This document shows, in pieces, positions 1 through 12,840 of a stretch of 64,000 bases of DNA. This stretch comes from Podarcis vaucheri (taxonomy: Eukaryota): assembly GCA_965113315.1 (NCBI GenBank), contig OZ220367.1. The stretch is one strand, 5' to 3'. The position numbers were made by a program, and so were the translations under genes. The notes beneath the pieces were generated by a model. The model had not been told where the DNA came from. It made no database searches and saw only the letters and a program-made list of their open reading frames with translations. Positions within the stretch are counted from its first letter, which is position 1, and every line of letters begins with the position of its first letter.

Positions 1-2523
1 CTGTTAAATACCACTGATGCTTTACTTATATGAGTACAGAGTTGTCAAAGTAGCTCTTATCTAAGCTTGTGTTAACGCAGCACGTGTTTTATTATTGATT
101 CAAGTATTATACAGGTTTTATATTTTCATTTTTTGAGTTAAACTATTGAAGGGATTACTATGCCCCTATACCCATGATAAAACACATGTGGGATATGAAA
201 TGGTTACATCTAAACCTAGAGGACTAAGTTTACAAGGAAGAACTGTGGAATATTAACATACAATGTTTTCATATTTTTCAGACACTGTCTAATAGGTTTT
301 CCCCTCAAACTTTTAAAAACACACTCAGGCCCACATCTAAGCTTATATTGCCTTCTAAGCCTCCCAACCCATCACCAACCATCTCTTTGGCAAACACTCA
401 GAAATGTCACACTCTGCTCTCTATATGCCACTGGCTCCTTTACATGAAGGTTTAATAGACTGGGGGCATTGCACTGGAAGAGGGAACTAGTAGAGTTCAT
501 ACACACATCCCCTGCACCGGTTGAAGCAAGTTGTGGAGGGAGCTGTGGGTTTGACCGGGCAAATCCTGCTGGTGCACATCACTGCACCATCGCCTAAAGT
601 CTGCACGTTCAGATTTCACTAGAAAGAGTTATACTTGCCTTCTGAAACACCATGCACAGCCCCTACATGTGAGGAGGAACCTTGTATACATTGGTGTGTG
701 AGTAGAATTCCTTCTGATGTAGTTTGAATGCACGGAGAACAGAGTGTAACAGCACCACATAGACAGCAGCCCCACCACTTTTCTTGGAAGCAGGAAACGC
801 CCATGTATTCCTTATCTCTTTGTAGGCACTATGACCCTCCAGCTGTTGTTGGGATACAGGTCCCATCGTCCCTGACCATTGGCTATGCTGGCTAGGATTG
901 ATGGGTTTCAGCAACATCTGGAGGGCCACAGGTTTCTCAGCCACATTCTGTGGTGAGCACAGCAAAGCAGTGATTGCAAAATTGGTCCTCCACAGCTGGA
1001 AAATTCTGTTGGCTGTTCTGAAACATGTGCCGATTCTCCCAATGTTTTTAAATCATCCATGCTGTTTTTGCAAGAAGGACTTTCATGCACCAAGTAAGAC
1101 TAGGGCGCAGTACCAATAATCTCTTAAACATGGTTACACATAGGAGTGGGCTGGTGAGAAGGCGCATGAACTCTTCCTCCACACACAGGCTTTAGCCGTG
1201 TTGGTATTGAGCACAACCAGGATCTGAATCTGGTTTCAGAACCCTGGTTAATGGAGAACTCTGGTTAACCTTAGTTATGCTTAAAGACAATGCTGATATG
1301 CTTTAAAGCTTGTGAGGAGAAGGGGGAGGGCAGGAGGAACAAGCAGGTGGTCTCACACCTTGCTCCCTTAGCCATGGTTAAAGATGGGCTGCACTGTGCT
1401 GTGGTCTTTATACAGTCTAGAGACCACAACCCCCATGATATAGTGCTAATGGGAGCACAGCAGGCATGTGTTAAGAGACATATACCTTTTTAAATAAAGA
1501 ATAATGCTGAATTAAATTAAACATCACTGGAATTCCCTGAAATTTAGTTGATGGGTCAAATTCAGGAACTGGAACTGCAAAGTGGGAGCATTTGAATAGC
1601 CACAGGTTTGGTCTTTGGCTTCTTTCCCATTACATTCCCATCTGTCTAATACAGATTGTGTGTTTACTGGGCGGGCAATATTTCTGTCTTAGTCAGGGCT
1701 TTGCAAGCTGCTGACGACAGATAAATGGCCAATTGTCAGAATAGTCAAGTTGTAGCAGCAGACCTGGGCCAGAATCTGCCACACCCTTATCTTTACAGTA
1801 ATGAAGACCACCCCACCCCACCCCCACATAATTCGGCTATAAAGCTAATAAAAGTATCACTGTGAGTAGCAAATGAATGTTTTTGAACCAAAAGGGTGAA
1901 ATGTGCAGCTTTTTGTGGGTCTTTGTAGGTGGGTAGGGGAGGGATATATGAGAAGTTTCGTTCAAAAAGGCTTTAGATTAGGGATCAGCAACTGGATGCC
2001 ATTAGGCTGAATCCAGCCCTTTGAGGGACTTCTTGTTTGTTTTGCCTCAGATGCCAACTTAAAAAAGGTGAAAGAGTAATATAGAGGGAGTGGAATCTTT
2101 AGTAATGGGATGAGCCAACGGGCCATTTCAGAGGGGTGGGGTTGTCACCTTAGTCCTCCCACGAAATCCGTTTTTTTGAGCACAGGGTGTTAACATGCTA
2201 AGGAATGTCTTCCATTCAAGTTACTTCTGTCTGTCTGAGGCTGTTAGAGTGATTGGACTAGCATCACACCTGATATAACCTGCTAAACTACTGGATTTAC
2301 AGGGATAAATGTCATTCTTTGTGCTTATATATATATTAACACCTTAAAGGGTTTTTCTTTCTCTCCTTTTTTTTTTAAAAAAAGTTGTGCAGATAACATA
2401 TAGTTGGCATTTATAATACAGGGGATGCACTGAGTTCACTTTCTAGCAACCATACTGAAGGGCAGCAGGCATTTTCTTTGGCTGTGTGTAGCTTCTGATT
2501 TCAGCCTGCTTTTCTGCTGGCAG

Positions 2524-2647
2524 GTGAAGATGCAATGACAGGAGACACGGACAAGTATCTTGGGCCGCAGGATCTAAAAGAACTGGGAGATGATTCTCTG
2601 CCTGCAGAAGGATACATGGGCTTCAGCCTAGGAGCCCGATCTGCCAG
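2524..2647 (+). CDS. ANK3: ANK3 exon, 124 nt (linker: GEDAMTGDTDKYLGPQDLKELGDDSLPAEGYMGFSLGARSA)
   Basis: ctggcag|GTGAAG acceptor, GCCAG|gtattc donor; peptide matches ankyrin-G; overlaps ORF 2535-2831. Confidence 0.96.
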
Positions 2648-4952
2648 GTATTCAGCATGTTCTTCACATATTCAATATAATATATACACCCATGCAGTGC
2701 ATTTTATCACTAGAGAAATGAAGCAGAGTTCCATAATTTGGCTGCCTGATTACTCTGTCATTCAAACATGCATCTGCTATTTAGTTTCATGCTTCTCTCT
2801 GCCCTCTGTGATGGCTTTGTTATGGCAATAGTTGAAAGCAGATTAATTCTTCATGTTTTCTTCTTCTTCTGGTATCTGCTCATGCTCTAGATATGTCAGA
2901 AGTGTTCCTTTGGAAACAGCTGGAAGCCTCTATCTATGAGCCAGACCATTTAGTCCACAACGAACATGTAGCCAAGAAGGGTGGGGGGAGGCTTTTGTTC
3001 AATAATTTGATTATAATACTTACTGACACTAATTTTCTTTCAAGAATGAAAATGACATAGATTCATGCCAGAAAAAAATGAAAGATGGTTGTTTGGCTAA
3101 TCCAATTACTTCACTTTCCCAAAAGGTGCAGATGGAGAATAATAATAAAAAAGTTTAAATCTGTTTGCAATTGTTTGCATTGCTAATTGCTGTCTTAAAT
3201 CCTTTGCAGTGTTTTGTTACCAAAGGAACGAGCAGTTTTCTTGCAAGGGAGTAAAATAGGTCACAGTTTTTTACATGAGTGATTGCTATCTTTGCACTTC
3301 GAGACATTCAGTCATTCATATTATTGGGAATTTCTGGTTCAGATATCTGGCCTTGCTTAGCGTCTGAAACAAACAAGGCACCACAAGCAACTCAAGAGAT
3401 TATTTTCATGGTTGTGGATTAGCAGCCTGTTTACTGACAGTTGAATTATTTTGAAGCTAATAATTAAACCTCACAAGCCTGAGCCCTGAGGACTTTTTCC
3501 TATAGCTTAATGATCTGTTGTAAAAAGTTCTTCCATTGTCTAACAGGGAGTGGCACCTCCCACAAGGTAAAACTTGGATGTTTGCATCTTTCAGTCTTGA
3601 TTGTTGTGACTGCATTGAGTACAGAAGCATGCACCCTAATTTTGCACTGTATTCTCTTGCTTTGCCTATAAAACCTCTTTGGTCATTTAATCAACTTCTT
3701 TTTGAATTATATGTGAAGAATAGCCGTTAAACAGTTGAATTTTAGTCATCTGTGTTTAGTTGCCCAAATAACATAGAATTCAGTTAAGCTACTTACGTGT
3801 GTACTTATTCTGTGAACTGTATTCTGTCGTTTTAACAAATAGACTCTTAGTAGTAATCTACTAAGTAGTACCTAGTGAATCAGTGACAGCTCCGCAGACC
3901 CACATATCCGTCAGATATTAATGGGATGTTAGCACATCATAGTAACTGTTTCTTAGAGATTGGAAATCCTGAGTGTACTTTGCTCATCTTTGACTCCTCA
4001 ATAAAACCTTAAAAAGTCGCATACTTCTGATTTAACAGTACCATTATTTCTCACTATGTAGCTCATGTTTACATCTGCAATATATTACATGTGTGTTACA
4101 CTCAGATGAAGCGAACTGATATCCAAACACATCTATGCACTGCAGACCCCAGATTGACTTTACTAGGTTAGATGTGCTTAAGTGTGTTAAAGATTGGATA
4201 TATTTAAAAAAACAAAACAAAACCAAAACATTCCATATCAAACAATGGCACTGAAATTCACTACTTTTTAGGGAACTTTGCAGATCGACTTAATCTGCCA
4301 CAGAACCTCTGTACATCGCAGATGATTCCAGATCATGTTCTAGAATGCACTCTTCCTTGCATACCTGCCACCCCAAATGAAGAAGTGTCTACCCTGGAAT
4401 AAAAACAAGCAAACCACCCACCCACCCCTGTTGCCACTGTGCACTACAAAGGAACATACCAGGATGTGCAATTTGTCCACATAGCCCATCTTTCTGCCCT
4501 GACAGGCAGTGGCTTGCTAGCATCTCATGAAGAGGTCTTTCTTATTGCCAGCTGTTGCCTTTTAACTTAAGATGCTGAAGTTTCAACCTTGTGACTTCTT
4601 GCATGCAAAGCTTGTGCTCTAATGCTGACCTACAGCATCTCCCAATAGTAAGGAGGAGGGTTGGGGAGGGGAACGTGTTCCACCAAAGCGTCTCAGCCAT
4701 TGCTGATCTTCTTAATGAGGAAAAGAACTGGAGGGGACCTGGGATCCCCTAGAATACAGTTTGAAAGCCACTACAACCCTTAACTATAGCCAAACACCCG
4801 CGTAGATTTCTGAGTGTAACATAACAGAACGAACCACATTGAATGTCTTAAGTCATCCAGCCATGGCATTGTGCTTTTTCCACTGTCTGATTCTTTGCTT
4901 TCTATCTCTCCTTGTTTCCCCCTCCCCTCCCTGTACATTTCTTAAAAAATAG

Positions 4953-4964
4953 TCCTAAGGTCAG
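4953..4964 (+). CDS. ANK3: ANK3 12-nt alternative microexon (reads S-P-K-V-S across the junctions)
   Basis: Long pyrimidine tract then aaatag|TCCTAAGGTCAG|gtaaga; phase 2-2, frame preserving; GCATG just downstream. Confidence 0.75.
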
Positions 4965-6996
4965 GTAAGAAAGCATGGCACCCTTGTGACATTTCTCAGC
5001 TTTTGCCATTCATCATTTATTTATTTTTACTCAGCATTGTGATGTGATGTGACTTTTTCTGTTGTGTCCCATGTTAGATCATACTATTTTGGTTACTGCC
5101 AACGTAATATATGACCTGATTTCATTGAATGTTTTGAAGGGGGAGAAAAGATGATGCGGGAGGGAAAGATGAATGTTTTTAAAGACCCAGGGCCCAGGTT
5201 GAAGTTGGTGGAGCTGAGCACCAGGATAAACGTTCTAAATGCAATATATACTGGGGTGGAATCTTGGGGGGAAATTATTAAGAAGTGCAAAGTGCATGTC
5301 GTAAGTTGTTAAAGGTATATACTGTTGTAAAAAAAAAACCTAGTTTAAAAGCATTTTTGTTTTGCTGGATGCAATTATTTTCTTTGACATTTTTCTTTCT
5401 TTTCAGTTGCAATAGTAAGCATGTCTGAATGCTGGCATGTTTTCTAACATATGCTCCATGTAGCTTCCAGGGTTAATGTGCGTGACACATAGACTCAACA
5501 TTTTCCTGGGTCTCAGTATATTCAAATTGTTTTCCTCTAAACTCCCAGAGAAGGAACGAAGGCAGGAAATGATCTAGATCAGTATTCATTTAGCAGATTT
5601 CAAGTGTTTAAAGTTCTTCCCATACTTTATTTTAGTAATACTCAGAACAGCCTTGTAAATTAATCCATTACGATTATCTCAATACTGCTGATGGGGAAAC
5701 CCAAGGCTGAGAGAATGATGCCTTGACTAAAGCCATTTAGATCATTTGTAACGAAGCAGTGCTAAATCCAGTGCATTTCTTCTGCGCTTTTTGTGTACTG
5801 TTTTTATGGCCAACCTAACTTACAGTGAGTCAGGCAGAAGAGGCAGCCACAAGCAAACTGTGGGGCTAGGATGAGCTTTCTACTCAGCCACAAAATGAAC
5901 TGTGCAGAATGCCCACCTCTCAAATAATAACCATTCATATAGAGTGTTGATTTCCTTTTTCTAGATCACTGTAATTTGTGCACCATTGGAAACTGCTGTC
6001 ATTTTTGTGGAGAATCAGTACAGACTGATCTCTGCATCTATAAGAAGTTTCTGTGCCTGTAATATAGCTCCTTACTGGAGGGAGATTTAACAAGCCCAGC
6101 TTTTCTTATTACTGCATCCTTGCAGTAATCACAGGTTCCAGAGATATCCCAGGTGCATGGTGATCAAAAGCAAAGGAGCCCCTTCAGGCTAGGGGCTGTC
6201 AGTTCCTGAGATGGATTGGTTTTGTTCTAAGCTGTAATACACTTTAAAGGAGGCCAATTTAGGGATAAGATGAGCCTTCTACTCCAGATGTAAATTTTAG
6301 AGAGCAAAAGTCACTGACAACAGTGGCAGCAGCACACTAGTGCAATCAGTACACTGGATTTATCTACCCTTTGATAATGAGGTCTCTTAATTAGCAGGGG
6401 GCAGGGAAATAATAAATATGCATTTGTGTGAAACTGGGCTAGCTAGAAAAGTCAGAGGTCCTAGGCCATATCATCATAAATCCCAGCAGCATTTTAGAAA
6501 GTTTCTGTTCATGCTAATCACACTTACTAGGGAGTCTCATTGAACTCAGTCACACTTTGAGTAAACATACTTTGGATTGCACTCCACAATTCTTGAATAT
6601 ATTTTTACTACATTTATCTAGAATCCAACTATATATTAACCTGATTTTAAGTGAATCAGTGCAATCCCTTGTCTGTCTACTAATAAGAAAATTCAACTGT
6701 GTTCAGTGGGGCTTACTTTCAGGTAATTGTGTTCAGAATTGCAGCCAATGGGTTGGATACCAATATTCCTTTATTATGACAAAAGTAGTGGGCGGAACTT
6801 TTTGGATCCAACACATTAGAGGAAAACCTCTTAAAAATTGTGGTACAATTCCTAGCATACTTTAAAATTCTGTTTCATCAATCATATTCTGTTTTATTAT
6901 CTTTCTCTTGTTCCCTGGAAGTTGCATGCATTAATTTTTCTTTTGTTCATCTCATTGTCATCTTCATACTCTGTGGTAAATTGTAAATACAACCAG

Positions 6997-7099
6997 CCTC
7001 CGCTCCTTCAGTTCGGATAGGTCCTACACTTTGAACAGAAGTTCTTTCGCCCGGGACAGCATGATGATCGAAGAACTCTTGGTGCCCTCAAAGGATCCG
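6997..7099 (+). CDS. ANK3: ANK3 exon, 103 nt (SLRSFSSDRSYTLNRSSFARDSMMIEELLVPSKDP)
   Basis: aaccag|CCTCCG ... GATCCG|gtgagg; phase 2-0; matches ankyrin-G linker; absent from the ORF track. Confidence 0.96.
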
Positions 7100-9474
7100 G
7101 TGAGGTTTTTTAATTGATTCTGTGGTTTGGAGCATTTTATAGAAATAAATAAATGTTTTATCATGCAGCTTAGCCTCTCCTGCTAGAACATACATTATTT
7201 ATGTTACAGTAGTGGGGTTCTGAAAGTTTTTTATTTATCAATTCTTTCAGTCAATCAAAGCTGAAATTTTAATCATAGAATCAAGCATCAATCGGTCAAT
7301 CATACCAAGTAATCCACTGGAATTTACAGCCCTGGTAATGGTACTTTCTCCATCAATACTGATACTATTGTCCCGTGTTTCAGAACAGTAGAAAGGAATG
7401 TAGAATTAATGTGGTGTCACAAGAGCTTTTCTGAATTAATACAGAGTATGTGGTTTATTGGCAAAAGAAGATGGTTTCTTTTCAAAACCTGAAAACCATA
7501 TATTGGGTATAATTGACTATGGTAGGGTTAGAGATAAATTTAACTTGAGAAACAGTTTTTGAACGCTACTTTTATACTGCTGAAATCTACAGGGCAAAAT
7601 CAGTGTGGCTGCAATAAATTCGAGAATGGTTATTCAAGCTACATATAATTGCAGTTGTTTGCCAGCTTGGGAGAATTTCAATAAATAACAGTGTTTTCTT
7701 TCTCTGCTAAGTTAGTATTTTTAAAGGATGTTGGAGTTAGCTTTTGCTTTATATCACAAAAGATCACAAAGCAAGGATGACTGACATATTGGTAAATGTG
7801 TTTGATCTATCAGAGTAGGGCAGTATCTGGATTTTGCATGCAATACAATAAGATTATTTTACACTGAATAGCCAATTTCTCTTTGTGAGAAAGGCATGTC
7901 CAATAATAGACAAGGCTTCTTATTTGTGTTAAATTGCTTTACAATGGCCATCCAGGTAATTATCTTCTTCAAGATATACCACTGAGGTTAGGTGTTCTTC
8001 TTAAACTGGTTTTCTTGGAACATTTTTCTTGTTACAAGAGACAAAAGCTTAGGATAGAAGGCAACAACTGTCTCTGTCTGAGATGAGTCTGTAGTACTGA
8101 CACCTACATGTTGCCAAAACCTGATTGTCTAACTAGCATTGTGATGTCACCACATCACCAGATGATCTCCAATTGGCTTGGATTATGTAGTTGCCTTTGT
8201 CCAGCCCCTAGTGCCAAGCATTACTGAAAAGACCAGAGAGCTGTCCAGTCGGTGCATGGGGGGAAGTATGTCAAAGATGCAGGGTGCTGCCCACCTCAAG
8301 AGTCACACCAAATTAGGAACTGAGAAGGATGTTGCTGCAGCAGTGGCTGGGATCTGGAGCAACAACAGTTCATGGTTCCTCCTTCTGAGTAGGGTGCAGT
8401 GATAGAACGCCACATGCTGTTGGGTAGGCATTTTCTAGTCTGTGCTTTAGTCCATGACTGTTTTTGCTGCTGGTGTCTCAGGGGGGTGACTGGGGAGAGG
8501 TTCAGCATGGGAGGGGAGGGTGAACAGGCAGAATAGGTCACCCAATTTTGCAGACTCCCTCGGTGGCACATCTTCTAAGATGGTGATCTCTGGGAGTTGT
8601 ACCTGTCCTCTTGGTCTCTGTATGTTAGGTCTGGGATGGGGCTCCTCTTCCTCTGATGGTAATGATTGCAAACATTCTTAACAATAGGGTTTGGGGAAAC
8701 TATTTTGGCCTCCTACCCAAAGTTCAATTTACTTCCTTTTATAAACCTACCATTTACTGTTCTGCTGCAAATTTTACGACCTCCAGGTTTCTCTCTCCTT
8801 CCTTATTGTCTCCCACTATTAAATTGTTAGCAGAGTTTGGTCGTCTTATTTTAAAAACAAAACACCTGTGCATGCTGCTTAGTTTTGAGAGGCTGCAGAT
8901 GAAACATTTTTGGAGTGTTCATTCCTTTTCAGGCCATATTCTACGGACAACTGCGTGAATATGCCAGTGTATTTCTTTTGATTAAAAGAAGTTTCACCCA
9001 GACAGTCAGAATATATAGCAGCTGGATATCCAGTTCTCATGCTGTAGAATAGGGTGTGTCTTTACAGATTGCTGTTTTCTGCAGGGAATATGAAAGAGTC
9101 CTTAATTCCCTAATGAAAGGGCTTTAAGAGAAGTGGCATTCATTAAAAGTTTAAATGTAGCATTCTTGTGCAGTGACCTGGATAGCAATATTTTGGTATT
9201 CCTGTCGTGCTTAGCAGGCTTGTGTGCCCACAGTGGCTTTCAGTATGCTTGAATTGCTATTCCTGACTTCCCTGATTTTGGCAGGAGTGGCAAATCTTAA
9301 TTTTAACCCTCTTGTGAAGTGTATCATATTACCTGTAATCTGCTCACAAGGGGGTCAGGTCAACCACAAATAAGCCTTAGTTTAAAACAACAGCAATAAC
9401 AACAAGAAGAGATGTGTTTGGCAATGGTTCCAGTTTAATGTAAAATAGGGAAATGCATTTAGGATTGTTTACGG

Positions 9475-9680
9475 CAGAGCTTTCCAGACTTTTCATGTTG
9501 GTGGCACACTTTTAAGACATGCATCATTTTATGAAACGGCCATTCAGTTTTACGAGCAAGCCGGAGGTTAAACTAACCCCTTTCCAGCCCCGGGAGGAGC
9601 CTGGGGAGCTTTCACGCAACACAACTGCACACTGCAGCTGACACACTAACATGTCATGGCACACAGTTTGGAAAGCTCTA
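9475..9680. mobile_element. hAT-family MITE, 206 bp
   Basis: TIRs CAGAGCTTTCCAGAC / GTTTGGAAAGCTCTA; 8-bp flanks GTTTACGG / GTTTACAG (7 of 8 match). Confidence 0.82.
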
Positions 9681-9972
9681 GTTTACAGTATAGGGGTTAA
9701 AGGTATATAGGGATGGTCTGTAATAGTCCTCCGTGTTGATTTCTCAAAGCTTCCTTTCTTCAGCTAAAAACCTCCAGTATTCATTTTTTGAAACAGAAAA
9801 TACTGAATACATAACACTTCTTACCTAAACTGCTGCATGAACACACAACTGTTAATGAGGTATTTAATAAGAGATTTCACCCAGTTACTGAAAGGTCATT
9901 TTTTCATTTTTCAAATCCACTTTAATTGGACTCAGACGCCCACTGTGCTTTTTTAGTTTTAGTTTTAGATAA

Positions 9973-9998
9973 ACACACACACACACACACACACACAC
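9973..9998. repeat. (CA)n microsatellite
   Basis: Direct reading; other (CA)n runs at about 18634-18657 and 31196-31220. Confidence 0.95.
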
Positions 9999-10082
9999 TG
10001 AGGGCACTTGGGGAAGCTAGAATTCAATAGAACTACAATCCCTGTGCTATAGGAAGATATGTGGAGTATGAACTGCCCTAGA

Positions 10083-10402
10083 TAGGAACATACAAAGCTG
10101 CCCTCCACTCAGACCATTGGTCCATGAAGCTCAGCATTAGCTACCAGGGTTTCCCAAACATTGCTCTCCAGCTGTTTTTGGACTACAACTCCCATCATCC
10201 CTAGCCATTAGGACCAGTAGTCGGGGATGATGGGAAGTGTAGTCCAAAAACAGCTGGAGACCAATGTTTGGGAAACCCTGGCACTGACTGGCAGTGACTC
10301 ACTACCATTTCAGACAGGATTTCCCAGTCCTGTCTCAAGATGCCAGGGACTGAACCTGGGATTTTCTGTGTGAAGACTCTGACACTGATCTATGGCTCTT
10401 CC
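10083..10402 (-). mobile_element. tRNA-derived SINE (squamate type), interrupted by MITE 10145-10280
   Basis: Minus strand has B-box-like GGTTCAGTCCC; body is collinear with the copy at 53740-53901. Confidence 0.65.
10145..10280. mobile_element. Fold-back hAT-like MITE, 136 bp, inserted in a SINE
   Basis: Near-perfect inverted repeat CAGGGTTTCCCAAACATTG...CAATGTTTGGGAAACCCTG with ggactacaactcccatcatccc core; degenerate relatives at about 828-942 and 52852-52985. Confidence 0.8.
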
Positions 10403-12550
10403 TACAACAATGTAAGAATACAATACTAAAATTAGTTTTGGGTCCATCTTCGGCATATGACTGAAGAAACTGTTTTCATAAAGACCTTCCTTGGAAATAT
10501 ATTACAGCTTTTTAAATGGCTTTGGGTGAGCTATAAAAACATGTTTATTTTGCCAAGCCATTAGTCTGGGTTGAATTTCGGTTCCCCTGCTTTTGAGTGG
10601 TTTTAGCTTTCTGTTACTACTTTTGATTATTTTATCTTATTGCATTGCATTTTATTGTTAAGATTAGAAGATGCCTTTGGTGTGGGCGGAAAGGTGGGTT
10701 ATTGTTATTCTTTTCAGATAAATAGAATAGTTATTTAAAAGCGAAACGCTAAAAAGCAGGAGAAACGTAGAAGCAGGAATATTTGGCGCATTCATTTTTT
10801 ATCTCGAAAATTCATCTTTGCAAAGGAAGGGAGAGAGCACTTTCCTAATCTGCCACTGGCTTCATCACCTTGGCTGCTCATCCCCATGCATAGCACATAG
10901 AGATGGAACTGATAAATTATTCCTGACATAGGAACCTGAAAATTATTTTTGAAACAGTCTGTGAGCTGGGAGGCTGGTTAATAATAGACGCAAGAAGGTT
11001 TCGTGTAAGTCAGGCTACAGTGGCTATCTTTATTCATGCTTTAAATATAGTCAGAAAACAACTTATTTTTAATTTTCGCTGTAGTTTGGAATGGGGTATT
11101 ATGCTACTGCCAGAGAGGCTACTGTTATTTTTTGGCTACCCTGACACTTTGTTTCTCAGGATTCTTGAGCTGGTTTGTCTGCTTTTGAGCACTAACAGAC
11201 ATTGAGGTTATGTGAGGCTTGAGGTGGTTTATCATTAGAATATATGGAAACAAGATGTGTCCCTGTAAGTCGGTCCCTTCTGAAAGCTACACTGTCTCCA
11301 GACTCTCACTATTCTTTGGGTACCATTTAATTGTTTGCCAGCAATTTTAGAGTATGCAGTTAAAGTGGATTTGGCACTCTGGCACGACAAGTCAGCTTCC
11401 CCATCCCTTCTCCAAAATGGAACTTCTGGGGTAGGGAAAATGAAAGGAAAACTTGCTGGAAAGTGTGAGATAACGGTGGTGCCAGGTGATATAACCTCTG
11501 TTACCAATGAATGCTAGATGAATGCTCAGTAAACAAGAAGAGCTCATAGATGCTAGCTGGCATGCAATATGACACAAAGAAGAAAAAACAGCTCATTTAA
11601 ATTGCCCTTTTAAAATTGCTATTTTGTCTTGCTTGCTTGTTTTATGGTGACTGCTCAAAGGCATTTCTGTTATCGCTCTGCAGGCCCACCTGCCCATTCG
11701 CCAGTCTGGATCAAGTCTGGTGCAGGGCAGTAGAATTCCAGTTGCTTGTCTGCCCACCTCTCAACATTTGACATATGTAAAATAGGACATGCATAGAAGG
11801 ATAAATCCAAGCCCTGTCTCGAGGCACATGATGCAGTTTTACTGGTGAAGCTGCCTGGACAGTAGGCTGCTTAGAAGCCATAGATCAACACTGGGTTTAG
11901 GTTCCCCTGCACCGGATGCTGAGCCGAGGTGCTGCAAAATAAGAATGAATAAAAAATGAATTATTGGGGGCACCAAATTTTGTCCTTGCTCAAGACGCCC
12001 TATTACCAAAGTCCTTCCCTGCATGAGATATAAGTAAGCCACTTTAAGGAAGAGAAAGGTATAAATATTCCATGGGCAAAATATATAACCCTGGTGGTGT
12101 GCACACAATCTCCTCCACTCCTCCCCTGGTTTTGAGGGACGAGGATCACACATTATCAAGTGCATGTACCATTTCAATGGGAGGCAGGTGGGGCCTGAAT
12201 CCACAGCCAAAACAAATATTGAATATACCCAGTTTGTCTGAAGTTGTCAATGTGCAGAGATTGTTACTGGGATCCCCATTGAGATGCCATGGATAACATA
12301 CTTGTTTATCGTTCTTTCAAATCACTGTTCTCTCTGAGCTCATTTTGTTGCATAGTGGTCAAGAGTGTCAATCTAGGACTGGGGAGATGCAGGTTCAACT
12401 CTCCAGTCAACCCTGAAGGTGACCTAGAATAAAATAAGGTGATAGACCAAGGCAGGATAGAACTGTAATAAATAAACAAAATGGGCACTACCATGAGCTA
12501 GGCTGCTATGTCCTACATAAACAAGGTCTGTAAAGTAATTAAAGTGATTG

Positions 12551-12606
12551 GTGTGGGTGGGTGGGTGGGTGGGTGGGTGGGTGTGTGTGAGAGAGAGAGA
12601 GAGAGA
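12551..12606. repeat. Compound (GGGT)n(GT)n(GA)n microsatellite, G-quadruplex-capable
   Basis: Direct reading; seven GGG runs separated by single T. Confidence 0.9.
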
Positions 12607-12733
12607 ATGATTGCAGGTATTACAAGTGCTAATAAAAGGCTGATTTTATTTCTCAGTTGTGATATACCACAGGAAATGCTTGACTTTTCTCTCTCTGCTG
12701 AGTTAATATTTCTTCTCTTTCATCTCTTTGAAG

Positions 12734-12840
12734 CATCTGACGTTTCCAAGAGAATTTGACTCTGATTCACTCAGGCACTATAGCTGGGCCGCAGACACCT
12801 TGGACAATGTCAATCTTGTCTCCAGCCCCATCCATTCTGG
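12734..12840 (+). CDS. ANK3: ANK3 exon, 107 nt (HLTFPREFDSDSLRHYSWAADTLDNVNLVSSPIHSG)
   Basis: ctttgaag|CATCTG ... TCTGG|gtgagt; phase 0-2; matches ankyrin-G. Confidence 0.96.

Noticed and set aside
2811-2831. MALLWQ as the MALPxS first exon of short ankyrin-G isoforms
   Set aside because: It lies downstream of the exon it would have to precede and ends in a stop; I found no such first exon in 1-2523.
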